Assembly: GCA_965198235.1 (NCBI GenBank) | Contig: OZ240248.1 | Location: 896,001-960,000, forward strand | DNA: 64,000 bases | Source: Candidatus Poribacteria bacterium | Lineage (GTDB): Bacteria; Poribacteria; WGA-4E; WGA-3G | Reading direction: 5' to 3' | Shown: positions 48,376 through 58,161 of the stretch, one piece after another | Position numbering within the stretch: position 1 is the stretch's first letter | Layout: each line of letters starts with the position of its first letter | Translations under genes and position numbers: made by a program | The notes under the pieces: generated by a model | Database searches by the model: none | What the model was told of the DNA's origin: nothing | The model's input: only the letters and a program-made list of their open reading frames with translations

Positions 48376-49500
48376 TTACGAGGGAAGATCGGGATTACAA
48401 ATCCCTCCCACAGTGGTATCACGAGCGTCCACAATCCAACCGCCGCCGAGGACGTATTCCCCATCGTAAAAGACAGTGGCTTGTCCGGGTGTAATGGCAC
48501 GGCGTGGTTCGTCAAACTTCACGACTGCTTCTGTGTCGCTGATAGGCGTGATTGTCGCGGGACCGCCATCGTCACGGGATCGGATTTTGACGTGCGCACG
48601 GATCGGCTCCGTCAACTTCTCAATGGCAATGAGGTTGATGCGTTCAACGTGCATCGTACCCTCTAAGAGCGCATCGGATTCGCCAACGACGACGGTATTC
48701 TCGGATGCGTTGAGCTCGGTCACATAGAGGGGTTTCCCGACTGCGATACCTAAGCCGCGCCGTTGCCCAACGGTATAAAACGGCACACCCTCATGCTTAC
48801 CGAGGACATTGCCTTCTTCGTCAATAATATCGCCACCCTGAATCTTCTCAGGAACCCTGTCCTGGAGGAAGCGTCTATAGTTGGTGTCGGCAACGAAGCA
48901 GAGTTCTTGGCTCTCAATTTTTTCAGCGGTTCGCAACTGATATTTTCGGGCGAGGTCCCGGACCTCGGCTTTCGTGTATTCACCAAGGGGCATCATCGCA
49001 CACCGTAATTGTTCCTGTGTGAGCGCGGCGAGGAAATAGGACTGGTCTTTGCTGACATCACGTGCTTTGCGTAAGAGATACCGTCCTGTCTCTGGGTGCT
49101 GTTCAATGCGGGCATAGTGCCCCGTGGCGATGGCATCGCACTCCAATGTTTTGGCGAGGTCGAGGAGCCTCCCAAATTTCAGTTCCCGGTTACATACCAT
49201 ACAGGGACTGGGGGTTCTGCCGACGAGGTATTCCTCCACGAAATAGTCGATAATCTGTTCGCGGAAAGCGTCCTCGTAATTCACGCCGTAGAAAGGGATG
49301 CCGAGTTGCGTGGCAACACGGCGTGCATCCTCAATGCCTTCAAGCGAACAGCAGTTGGGACGCTCCGGTTCCACCTCGATGGTATCGGGCGCGCCGAGGC
49401 GCATTGTGATACCGGTAACATCATAGCCTGCGTCCACCATCATGGCAGCAGTGACGGAACTGTCTACGCCTCCGCTCATTGCGACGAGAATCTTTTCCAT
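48376..49500 (-). CDS. mnmA: tRNA 2-thiouridylase
   Basis: AMSGGVDS, TPSPCMVCN, ATGHYA, KDQSYFL, ESQELCF, TPGQ. Confidence 0.97.
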   Translation of the reverse strand: MEKILVAMSGGVDSSVTAAMMVDAGYDVTGITMRLGAPDTIEVEPERPNCCSLEGIEDARRVATQLGIPFYGVNYEDAFREQIIDYFVEEYLVGRTPSPCMVCNRELKFGRLLDLAKTLECDAIATGHYARIEQHPETGRYLLRKARDVSKDQSYFLAALTQEQLRCAMMPLGEYTKAEVRDLARKYQLRTAEKIESQELCFVADTNYRRFLQDRVPEKIQGGDIIDEEGNVLGKHEGVPFYTVGQRRGLGIAVGKPLYVTELNASENTVVVGESDALLEGTMHVERINLIAIEKLTEPIRAHVKIRSRDDGGPATITPISDTEAVVKFDEPRRAITPGQATVFYDGEYVLGGGWIVDARDTTVGGICNPDLPS

Positions 49501-49634
49501 GGGACTACCCAGTTAGGTTAGAAGTTTGGTGTAAAATACAGCACGCTTAAGCCAACGGTATATCTATCAATTCTACTATAATTATACCACATAATAGCGG
49601 ATTTGTCAGGAAAAATTCTGGGACTATGGGGTAT

Positions 49635-49803
49635 CTATGGTAGATTTTAGAATTAATTGGACATTAGCATTGGCGAGGTGTTTTTGATAGGGGTGTTTTT
49701 GCTTGGGGTTTTTGATAGGGTGTTTCTGCGGATTTCTGTGGATTTCTGCGTATTTCCTCAAGGAAACCTCGCCTACCAATTCTAAGGAAAATCTCGCCAG
49801 CGG
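49635..49803. repeat. MITE-end plus REP whose loop is expanded by short tandem repeats
   Basis: TATGGTAGATTTTAGAATTAATTGGACATT...TGGCGAGGT (GTGTTTTTG-like)x3 (TTTCTG[C/T]G)x3 AACCTCGCCTAC; unexpanded relative at 62296-62358. Confidence 0.7.
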
Positions 49804-49812
49804 CTGGCTTGA

Positions 49813-50631
49813 TTAATCAGGTACGGCAAAGCGGTTAGGGGAGAGGAAGAGACGGGTCGCTTTTAGGAACCGGATTCCTTCATAGGCATCTCGTTTATGG
49901 AGGAGTTGGGCGTTATCGTAAATTAGCATGTCTCCCATGCGCCATTTGTGCTGATAGATGTGTTCAGGACGAAATTGATACGAAAGCAACTCGTCTTTAA
50001 GTGCTTTGCCTTCTACGGCTCCCAGTCCTTCAAAGCCGTGGGCACCGGGACTGACGTAGAGGGTTTTGACACCGGTCCCAGGATTTGTGAGGACAACAGG
50101 ATGTGTGACTTCGATATCCGGAACACCATGTTTCTTTCCCGGACTGTACAGCACCTTCATGTTATTAACACGGTCCTTGAGTGCAGGCGGCAGGGATTCG
50201 TACCCCATCCGAGTGCTACTGAAACTCGTACTCCCACCCGATTCCGGGGAAATCACGCAGAAAAGTGTAGACAGAGTAGCTGGATTTTGTCGATATGCTT
50301 GATCGGAATGCCACCCGCCATCCGTATTGTCAACAAAATTTCCTCTGATGAGTGTTCCGTCGAGACTATTGATATTGGCAAGGTAGATGACGGATTTGAA
50401 ACCCGGACTGTGGTTGTCTTTAGCAGCAGGAGGCTCTTCAACAGGTCCGAGTGCCTTACTGAGTCGATAGATGTCATCGTCGTGAAGGGATTGTCGGCGA
50501 AAGAGAAGGAGTGCGTGCTTTTGGACAGTCGATAAGACGGCTTCTGCCATATCTTCATCAATCTGCGTTAGGTCTACATTTAGGACTTCAGCACCGAAGT
50601 TTTCTGATAAGGGTCTGGTTTGAAAGTCCAT
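49813..50631 (-). CDS. TauD/TfdA family dioxygenase
   Basis: FGAEV, WHSD (HxD), GGSTSF, HPVV, WRMGDMLIYDN, LHKR. Confidence 0.92.
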   Translation of the reverse strand: MDFQTRPLSENFGAEVLNVDLTQIDEDMAEAVLSTVQKHALLLFRRQSLHDDDIYRLSKALGPVEEPPAAKDNHSPGFKSVIYLANINSLDGTLIRGNFVDNTDGGWHSDQAYRQNPATLSTLFCVISPESGGSTSFSSTRMGYESLPPALKDRVNNMKVLYSPGKKHGVPDIEVTHPVVLTNPGTGVKTLYVSPGAHGFEGLGAVEGKALKDELLSYQFRPEHIYQHKWRMGDMLIYDNAQLLHKRDAYEGIRFLKATRLFLSPNRFAVPD

Positions 50632-50662
50632 CTACGTTTATATGTTTTCAGGTTGGACGATA

Positions 50663-50734
50663 GTTGGGTTTCACTTCGTTCAACCCAACCTACGATTTAC
50701 TGGGGAACCGGTGCGGTTAGGAAACCGCACCTAC
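50663..50734 (-). repeat. two tandem GTAG-REP hairpins
   Basis: (-) GTAG-GTTGGGTT-GAACGAAGTGA-AACCCAAC and GTAG-GTGCGGTT-tcct-AACCGCAC. Confidence 0.8.
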
Positions 50735-50757
50735 TTCGATTAGGACGGGATAAAGAA

Positions 50758-51924
50758 TCAGCCGATCTGCCAATCCTCTTTTCCGGCGTAGTGATCATCG
50801 TACACATCTTCATCAAGTCCCAGCCCAAGCCCGGGGGTATTCGGTACGGTGAACGTTCCACCGGTGAAGGCGTAGCCAGAGGTATCAATTACATCGCTCG
50901 TGAGAGTTGCGACTTCGCCGTAGAGGAAATGGGGAATCGTTTTGCCGAATTGAAGACTGAGGTAGAAGCCGAGCAGAGAACCCCAGTTATGGGGGGCACA
51001 TCGAACACCGTGTGCGGAAGCCATATCCGCGAGTCGTCGCCAGCCAGTAACGCCGAGTCCCTTCATATCGTGCTGGATGACATCAATAACACCCGCCTCA
51101 AAGAAGGGATCGTAGAATTCAAGTGGGTCGCGCGTTCGAGTCTCACCATCGGCAATGAAGGTTTCCAATCCCTTTTCTTGGATGAAGGCTTTGAGATTGC
51201 GGTACAATTCAACCTCTTCCTCAAACATCTCCTCTATCCAAAAGACATCACAGTTGCTCGTCTCATTCAAGAAGGTAATGACTTCATCGTAAGTGTAGGC
51301 GTTGTTTGCATCGACGAGAATATTGAAACCTTCGCCTGCGGTGCTACGGGCAAGTTGGACAAGCTCTATGTCCCGTTGCAGTCCCGCTCTGCGTTCCATG
51401 AGATGATTACCGCGCCCGATTTTCATTTTGCATGCGGTAAATCCGTTGGCGAGACTGCTTTTGACATCATTCTCGATTCGTTTAAGCCCTTCGGCTCTTG
51501 TCTCATACAGGAGATCGTTGAAATAGATGGTGCTGTCGTAAGCGGGCAATTCGTTTGAAAAAACATCGTCACCGATGAGTTGATAAGCTGGCTTCCCGAG
51601 GATTTTGCCGATTGTGTCCCAGAGGGCGTTTTCAAGCCCACGAAATTCCTCAACAACCCCGTCTTCAGGGTTTAAGAGGTCAAACGGGTTTTGGTTGAGC
51701 ACACCTTCTGCATTTTCAGCGGTTGTTGTTCCCCAACTGCCAGCCCCCCAACCAAGTGTACCATCGTTGGTATGGATGCGGATAATACGTTCGTTCCATT
51801 TCCCGTTCGGATCAGGCTGGTTAATCTCCGTTGCACCGGAGTTACAACCAATGGCAGGCTGATCTACTTCGACCGTAACCTGCTCAACTTTGGTAATTTT
51901 GATACCCGTTGGATAATTTCGCAT
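50758..51924 (-). CDS. mandelate racemase/enolase superfamily enzyme
   Basis: ALWDTIGK, KMKIG, VDANN, WIEE, ADGE, PHNW, PGLGL. Confidence 0.9.
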   Translation of the reverse strand: MRNYPTGIKITKVEQVTVEVDQPAIGCNSGATEINQPDPNGKWNERIIRIHTNDGTLGWGAGSWGTTTAENAEGVLNQNPFDLLNPEDGVVEEFRGLENALWDTIGKILGKPAYQLIGDDVFSNELPAYDSTIYFNDLLYETRAEGLKRIENDVKSSLANGFTACKMKIGRGNHLMERRAGLQRDIELVQLARSTAGEGFNILVDANNAYTYDEVITFLNETSNCDVFWIEEMFEEEVELYRNLKAFIQEKGLETFIADGETRTRDPLEFYDPFFEAGVIDVIQHDMKGLGVTGWRRLADMASAHGVRCAPHNWGSLLGFYLSLQFGKTIPHFLYGEVATLTSDVIDTSGYAFTGGTFTVPNTPGLGLGLDEDVYDDHYAGKEDWQIG

Positions 51925-52014
51925 ATTTCTAATTTTCCTTGCGGATGAGGCAAATGGGTTGGAGACTTTGAAGTGCCTTTCTTAGAACCGCTTTCCATTA
52001 CGTTCCAAGCTGCG
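51925..52014 (-). repeat. ~90-nt element copy 3, directly abutting the ATG
   Basis: (-) GCTT-GGAACGTAATGGA-AAGC ... CCGCAAGGAAAATTAGAAAT-ATG. Confidence 0.7.
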
Positions 52015-52153
52015 CTTTGGTTTTCAATATTCCGACCCCGGCGCAGCAAAGCCTGAGCATCTCATCTGCTTATTTGCCAAGGGTGTCCGACAAGGAACGC
52101 ACACATTCATCATAAGTTTGGGGAACCGGAGCATCACCAATCTTTTCGTCTAT

Positions 52154-53344
52154 CTACTCAAGTGCAAGGAGCAGTTCATTGAGTGCGTCTTTCACCATAT
52201 CGTTGGTTTCGGTCTCCCTGAAGTAAACGTCAAGCTTATGGGGCAGATTATCGTACTGGTCAGCCTCCTGAATCTGCTTTACCAAAGCAGGTTTCTTAAG
52301 AAGTTGAACGATACGGAGCCTGTCTTCATGATCAACGACTTCAGGATTGGCCAACAAGACGATTAAACGTCCGGCTAATCCATCCGCGAGTCCGTTTTCG
52401 GCGTAATGGTTCAAAGTATCGATAGCGACTTGCTTCGTGTTGAGACTTGAACCGTTTGTGAGGATTGCGACGAGACCGTCAACAGCACCTGCGTCAGGGT
52501 ATTTTTCAAGTGCTTTAGCAATGTCCATACGCACGGCGTCATCGGAATCGCCAAGTGCCTCAATCAGCTTAGTTGTGGGGTGCTCTTTAAGGAACATCAT
52601 AGACTTTGCGGCGGCGCGTCGGACAACCGCGTTACCATCGGTCAAACCCTCAACGATTTTTGCTTCGGAGCCTTCGTTGCCGAGCATATAGAGTGCGGTA
52701 TTAACCTCCATCTTCAACCCTGCATCGGTGGTTGCATTTTGGAGTGCTTCTAACCCCCCGGCGGCGGATGTGTCCCCTATATCCCCTACAATACGGACCA
52801 ACTGAATCTTCACAGCAGGTGGTGTGTTACTATCGCCAGCAGCCTTCAGGATATCGTTAATAGCTGGACTGCCGATTTCCTGCAAAATTTGAACGAAGTC
52901 GCCGTGGACATTGCGATACCGGTTTTTAACGAGGTCCTCCAAAACGAAAGGCACGGCTGATGCACCTTTATCAACGAGGACCTGCATAGCATCCTTCTGT
53001 ACCCGATGGCGTTCTCCGAGGATCTGTAGGATTTTTTTCATCTCATATTCGCCCAATTCACCCACACGTCGGTCACGCTCGCCTTGGTATCTGGCTTCTA
53101 CATTATGTGTTCTTGCCGCGCCCGTTGAAATAGCGTTGCTATAAGCAAGAATCAGGAGTGCACGAGGTTCAACCTTATGATTTTCTTCGCGCTCAGCATT
53201 CTCAAGATGTTGGACTGCCTCCAGTGAGAGCCCGGCGTTTAACAACTTACTCCTGCCCACTTCAAGTTGAGTGATGACCTGTTCCTGCCGGCAGCCGAAA
53301 CTCACGACTCCTATAAGTAATAATATCAACAAAACTTTTTTCAT
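52154..53344 (-). CDS. HEAT-repeat lipoprotein
   Basis: MKKVLLILL..FGC lipobox; HEAT repeats VRRAAAK, VRMDIAKAL. Confidence 0.8.
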   Translation of the reverse strand: MKKVLLILLLIGVVSFGCRQEQVITQLEVGRSKLLNAGLSLEAVQHLENAEREENHKVEPRALLILAYSNAISTGAARTHNVEARYQGERDRRVGELGEYEMKKILQILGERHRVQKDAMQVLVDKGASAVPFVLEDLVKNRYRNVHGDFVQILQEIGSPAINDILKAAGDSNTPPAVKIQLVRIVGDIGDTSAAGGLEALQNATTDAGLKMEVNTALYMLGNEGSEAKIVEGLTDGNAVVRRAAAKSMMFLKEHPTTKLIEALGDSDDAVRMDIAKALEKYPDAGAVDGLVAILTNGSSLNTKQVAIDTLNHYAENGLADGLAGRLIVLLANPEVVDHEDRLRIVQLLKKPALVKQIQEADQYDNLPHKLDVYFRETETNDMVKDALNELLLALE

Positions 53345-53782
53345 GTTCCGTTTACCTTTTCCTCCTAGAATCTCGATTAGACTCACCCGTCCGTGTCGCA
53401 TGTACTTTTCATGAAGATAATGCGTACTGTTTGATAGCACGCAACTTGCAAGAAAATAAACCGCGAGTCGATCTAATACTTCTCGGTATAGCTTGGCAGG
53501 ATAAAACCACAGGTTCTGCATATCGCGACGTATTTGACCCGTGCCAAACAGGGACTACAGATTTGGGCAAGTACTGATGTAAAGAGTATTCTAAAATAAA
53601 TACATTTTTATGTCAACAATTTAAGTGCAGGCGGCAAAGTAACCCTGTTTCCCTTCAAAACCGCGTTAATCCTTTTGTAGGAGCCAGCATTTCCTAATCG
53701 CCAAATTACGATTTCTCTGATAAAACGCGTAGAAAACTAAACGCCGCTTTGCGGAAAAACAGATAAGAAGCGAATTGTAGGA

Positions 53783-54979
53783 CTACTGAAGTGCATCAAG
53801 GAGTTGTTTAAGCGACGTTTTGACGAGTTCGCTCTGTTCCTTTTCCCTGTGATATTCATAGAGCTTGAACTCAAGATTGTCGTACAATTCCGTCACCTGA
53901 ATCTGCTTCAGAAACGGCTCTCTCTTCAGAAGTTGAACAAGACGGAGCCGATTATCTGCGTCGCTAACGGTTCCGCCAATGAGCAGCATCGTAATGCGCT
54001 TTGCCAAGCCTCTCGCAAGTTTATTTTCTCCATAAACGTCGAGGGTATCAATCGCTGCCTGCTTGGGATATTTGCTCAATTCACCGGTAAGAATATTTAC
54101 GAATTCATCGACAGCGTCAGCATCCCGATGCACTGCGAGTGCTTCCACAAGCGATGCGACGACTTCAGAGTCGATATCTTTTAACCCGGCAATGAGTGTT
54201 TTCGGTGAGACATCGCTGATATTTGCCATGGCTTTTGCGGCGGCGCGTCGGACAGCAACATCACTATGACTTAAGCCGGCGATGATGTCCTTTTTATATA
54301 ATTCCTCACCGAGCTGATAGAGTGTCGTGTTAATTTCCATCGCCAAACCAGGTTCACTCGTTCCACTTTGAAGCGTTTTTAACGCATCTACGGCTTTCGC
54401 GTCGCCGATCCCAGCAAGGACCTGAACGAGTTTAACCTTGACAGCAGGTGGTGTCGTTTCATCAGTAAGTTTTGCTAAAACCAAATCAAGACCATCAGGA
54501 CCTATCTGAATCAGCGTTTCCGTAAAATTTGTATGAAGTGACGGATATCTTCCTTTAATAAGGCTATCGAGAATTATCACCGATGCTTCAGGTCCCTTGT
54601 CTACAAGTGCCCGTAAGCCATCTTTCTGTACCCGCGACGGTCTGCTGAGAATTTGTAGGATTTGCTTTATCTCAGCCTCGGTGAGTTCTTGTATCCGCTG
54701 TTCTCGTTGGTTTTTGAACTTGGCTTCAACGCCGTGGCTACTCGCACTGCCAGTGGAAAGCCCGTGAGCGTAAGCCATAAGGAGTAGCGCGCGAGGCTCC
54801 AGTTTATTAACTTCTTCCTGCTCTGCTTTTTCGAGGTGCTCAACGGCTTCCAAGGCGTTACCGCTATCAATCAATTTACTTCTGCCTACGGATAGGTTGC
54901 TCGGACCTTTCTGCTTTGTCTCACAACCGACACCCGCAAGCAGTAGGACAACCAGTGGAATGATTACAACCCTTTTCAT
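53783..54979 (-). CDS. HEAT-repeat lipoprotein (paralog of the adjacent gene)
   Basis: MKRVVII..VGC lipobox; shares GRSKL, LEAVxHLE, EPRALL, RVQKD, VRRAAAK with 52154-53344. Confidence 0.82.
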   Translation of the reverse strand: MKRVVIIPLVVLLLAGVGCETKQKGPSNLSVGRSKLIDSGNALEAVEHLEKAEQEEVNKLEPRALLLMAYAHGLSTGSASSHGVEAKFKNQREQRIQELTEAEIKQILQILSRPSRVQKDGLRALVDKGPEASVIILDSLIKGRYPSLHTNFTETLIQIGPDGLDLVLAKLTDETTPPAVKVKLVQVLAGIGDAKAVDALKTLQSGTSEPGLAMEINTTLYQLGEELYKKDIIAGLSHSDVAVRRAAAKAMANISDVSPKTLIAGLKDIDSEVVASLVEALAVHRDADAVDEFVNILTGELSKYPKQAAIDTLDVYGENKLARGLAKRITMLLIGGTVSDADNRLRLVQLLKREPFLKQIQVTELYDNLEFKLYEYHREKEQSELVKTSLKQLLDALQ

Positions 54980-55120
54980 TATCTTCCCTTTTCCTCCTGA
55001 GAATCGTTCTTTTCAGAATGAGTGTCTAATGTAACGTGCGCTACGGCACGTTGCGACCCTTAAAATATCTCCACTACAACAATACCACAGAATTTAAAAA
55101 AAGTCAAGTGCATATATGAT

Positions 55121-55255
55121 TGTCGGTTGCCAGGTGTCAGTTGTCAGCGGTCAGTTGTCTGAATCAGGATTCAAGGATTTGCAGGATTAGAGATGGTCAG
55201 CAGTCAGTTCCCATCAACGGTCAGAAAGCATCGTGAGCACAACTCGCTCCTACAG
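55121..55255. repeat. cluster of heptamer (GTCAG-core) and AGGATT tandem repeats with a REP end
   Basis: tgtcagt tgtcagc ggtcagt; aggatt x3; ggtcagcagtcag; ctcctacag. Confidence 0.6.
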
Positions 55256-55312
55256 CGAAGAAATCTTGAGCAGGAAATCCGTACTATAGGAAAACTGAAT
55301 CCCCCTAATGAC

Positions 55313-55341
55313 TTGACATAGGCACAGGCTTTGATTATACT
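55313..55341 (+). promoter_or_regulatory. sigma70-like promoter
   Basis: TTGACA-17nt-TATACT. Confidence 0.65.
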
Positions 55342-55429
55342 TAAACGACTAAATCCGCTGAGGACAGTGTGTTACAAACGAAGAACAGTGAAGATTAAGC
55401 CGCACGCGCCTATAGAAAAGGAATCTCTT

Positions 55430-58147
55430 ATGAAAATTTCTGGCTTCTTTTACGCCTATTTCATACCTCCGTTTCATCAACGAAAAATAGACTCTCAGGA
55501 AACTGATACCACACCACTATGGAGTCTACTCAGTGTGTTGCTAATAATGTGCGTTGTGTTGCTGCAGGAACCGGTACACGCACAACTGATGTCCCCTGAA
55601 GAGGTGCTCGGATTCCAGGTCGGTTCTGACTATCAGGTGGCAGGATGGCAGACAGTTTCTGATTACATGCGACATGTGGCAGCGAATTCAGATCGGGTGC
55701 TGTTGGAAGAACTTGGAAAAACGACAGAGGATAACGATTTTCTGATGCTGTTGATTTCTGCGCCAGAGAACTTAGAGAATTTGGCGCACTCTCAGCAGAT
55801 TCAAAGGCGACTCGCGATGCCCAGTATACCTACAAAAGAAAACAATGCGTCAGAATTGGACGCGCTTGCCGAAGAAGGTAAATCAGTAGTGCTGATTAAT
55901 TGCAACCTGCATTCCACAGAGATCGCCTCTTCACAGATGTCGATGGAGCTTGTGCATCAATTCGCAACCACTGAGATACCACAAATCAAAGAGATTCTTG
56001 AGAATGTGATAATTCTGCTCATCCCCTCGGCGAATCCGGACGGTTTGAACATCGTGGTGGACTGGTATAATCGCACTGTCGGCACCCCTTATGAAGGGTC
56101 GGAAATCCCGTGGTTGTATCATAAATATACCGGGCACGATAACAATCGCGATTGGTTTATGCTGACACAGATAGAGACGCGGTTGCTGACGCAGGTGCTT
56201 TATGAGGAGTGGTTTCCTGAAGTTGTTTATGATGTGCATGAGATGAGTTACCGCGGACCTCGGTTTGTAATTCCGCCATACTTTGAACCGGTCAATCCGA
56301 ATATCCCACCGCTACTACAGCGAACGCTCTCGCTCATTGGTGCGCAACTCGCCTTCGATTTGACGAGTGAAGGGTTTACAGGGGTGCTTTCGAGTGCTGT
56401 TTACGACACATGGTGGCACGGCGGATTTCGAACAGTACCGTATCGCCACAATATGGTCGGTATTTTGACAGAAGCGGCACGTGTGGAGATAGCAACGCCA
56501 ATTTTCCAACCGCATCATACTTTGAAAGGCTATCGACGCGGGCTCGATAAATATACACTCCGCACAAACTTTCCTGAACCGTGGCCCGGAGGGTGGTGGC
56601 GACTGCGAGATATCGTAGAATATGAGAAGGCAGCGGCACTCTCAATTCTCTCCTTCGTCGCGGAGCATCGGGTAACACTGAAGACAAACTTTTACAAGAT
56701 GGGACTCAATGCTATAGCAAAAGGGAAGGATGAACCGCCACGCGCCTTCCTGATTCCAACACAACAACGCGACATCCACACAACACTCAAGATGTTGGAC
56801 ATTTTGCGACGCGGCGGGGTGAAGATTCATCAAGCGAACACGCCGTTTATCGCTGATGGCGTAGAATATCCCACTGAAACCTACGTTGTTTCGATGTCCC
56901 AACCCTTTCGGGCACATGCGAAGGATCTGCTTGAAGTGCAACGCTATCCGGAACGTCGCCCCTCACCGGAATCACCGCCCGAACGTCCTTACGATATAGC
57001 AGGCTGGACACTGCCCTTACAGATGGGGGTGAGAACAATCACAGTCGTGCATCCTTTTGAGGCGGATTTAACGAAACTTCCTGCACTATCCGAAGTAGAA
57101 GGTACGCTAACGGGTGCCTCTGAACCGATCAACTACCTATTTGAGAATCGAACGAACATCGAAGCGATTGCTCTCAATCGTCTGTTCAAAGCAAGCCTTG
57201 CAGATGACAGTCCGAAATACACGCTCTACGCGGCACAACGGGACATAGAACTCGGTGGTAAAACGTTCCCACCTGGGACTATCTTGATTAGAACGGCAGC
57301 ACCGCCACTACAAGAGATCGAGGAGATGCGAGCACTCGCGTCGGAATTCGGTATCCACATCCACGCCGATGCATCTATCGACGAAGAAACGGTCAGTCGA
57401 AAATTCTCAAGAGTGAACGCGCCGCGCCTCGGTCTGTATAAACCGTGGACAGCAAATATGGATGAAGGCTGGACGCGCTGGGTTTTGGATACGCACGAGT
57501 TCGATTATAGCAACCTCACGAATGCGGAAATGCGCGCGGGGGATTTGGCGGCACGCTACGATGCAATAATTTTGCCGGATCTGGGTGCCTCTGGCATTCT
57601 TAACGGGCATTCAACAGGGAAACTGCCACCAGAGTATGTCGGTGGGATCGGCACAGAAGGGTTGGCGAATTTACGAGCGTTTGTGGAGGACGGCGGTACG
57701 CTTATCTGCTTGAATCGCGCGTCAGAACTCCCTTTGAAATACTTCGGGCTTGGTGAAAAAGGCATTGTCAATGTGGTTGAGAAAGAAAATCAAGCAAAAG
57801 AAGACGAGTTTTTCTGCCCCGGTTCATTACTACGGGTTGGGATAGATACGAAGCACCCCATAGGACATGGACTGGATAGAGAGATGGCAATCTTTTTTAA
57901 ATCGGGTCCTGTTTTTGAAGCCGGGCGCGGTGGCGCGAAAGTCGTGGCGACCTATCCTGAATTTAATCCGTTGATGAGCGGTTGGCTCGAAGGAGAGAAA
58001 CGGATTCGTCAGAAGGCAGCACTTTTGGAAGCCATCTTGGGCGACGGGAGAGTCATTCTTTTCGGTTTCAAACCGCAACACCGCGGGCAATCTTATGGGA
58101 CCTTTAAGCTGCTTTTCAATGCGGTTTTTTACAGCGCACAAAACTGA
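55430..58147 (+). CDS. M14 zinc carboxypeptidase with C-terminal GATase-like domain
   Basis: HSTE (HxxE), NPDG, DNNRD, DVHE; C-terminal MDEGWTRW, LRAFVEDGG, FKPQHRGQ. Confidence 0.9.
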   Translation: MKISGFFYAYFIPPFHQRKIDSQETDTTPLWSLLSVLLIMCVVLLQEPVHAQLMSPEEVLGFQVGSDYQVAGWQTVSDYMRHVAANSDRVLLEELGKTTEDNDFLMLLISAPENLENLAHSQQIQRRLAMPSIPTKENNASELDALAEEGKSVVLINCNLHSTEIASSQMSMELVHQFATTEIPQIKEILENVIILLIPSANPDGLNIVVDWYNRTVGTPYEGSEIPWLYHKYTGHDNNRDWFMLTQIETRLLTQVLYEEWFPEVVYDVHEMSYRGPRFVIPPYFEPVNPNIPPLLQRTLSLIGAQLAFDLTSEGFTGVLSSAVYDTWWHGGFRTVPYRHNMVGILTEAARVEIATPIFQPHHTLKGYRRGLDKYTLRTNFPEPWPGGWWRLRDIVEYEKAAALSILSFVAEHRVTLKTNFYKMGLNAIAKGKDEPPRAFLIPTQQRDIHTTLKMLDILRRGGVKIHQANTPFIADGVEYPTETYVVSMSQPFRAHAKDLLEVQRYPERRPSPESPPERPYDIAGWTLPLQMGVRTITVVHPFEADLTKLPALSEVEGTLTGASEPINYLFENRTNIEAIALNRLFKASLADDSPKYTLYAAQRDIELGGKTFPPGTILIRTAAPPLQEIEEMRALASEFGIHIHADASIDEETVSRKFSRVNAPRLGLYKPWTANMDEGWTRWVLDTHEFDYSNLTNAEMRAGDLAARYDAIILPDLGASGILNGHSTGKLPPEYVGGIGTEGLANLRAFVEDGGTLICLNRASELPLKYFGLGEKGIVNVVEKENQAKEDEFFCPGSLLRVGIDTKHPIGHGLDREMAIFFKSGPVFEAGRGGAKVVATYPEFNPLMSGWLEGEKRIRQKAALLEAILGDGRVILFGFKPQHRGQSYGTFKLLFNAVFYSAQN

Positions 58148-58161
58148 AAGGTAGGTATCCT

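Noticed and set aside
49678-49766. Short repeated units as a possible CRISPR array
   Set aside because: Units are 10-15 nt and abut with no unique spacers; no cas genes nearby. It is a tandem expansion inside a REP loop.
50620-51558. 312-aa plus-strand ORF
   Set aside because: Antisense shadow of the enolase-family gene with no recognisable motifs; its 5' part is REP sequence.
55331-55429. Longer N-termini from the ORF track (also 53345-53521 and 35350-35421)
   Set aside because: They overlap a promoter or repeat DNA, and better SD-start pairs lie downstream.
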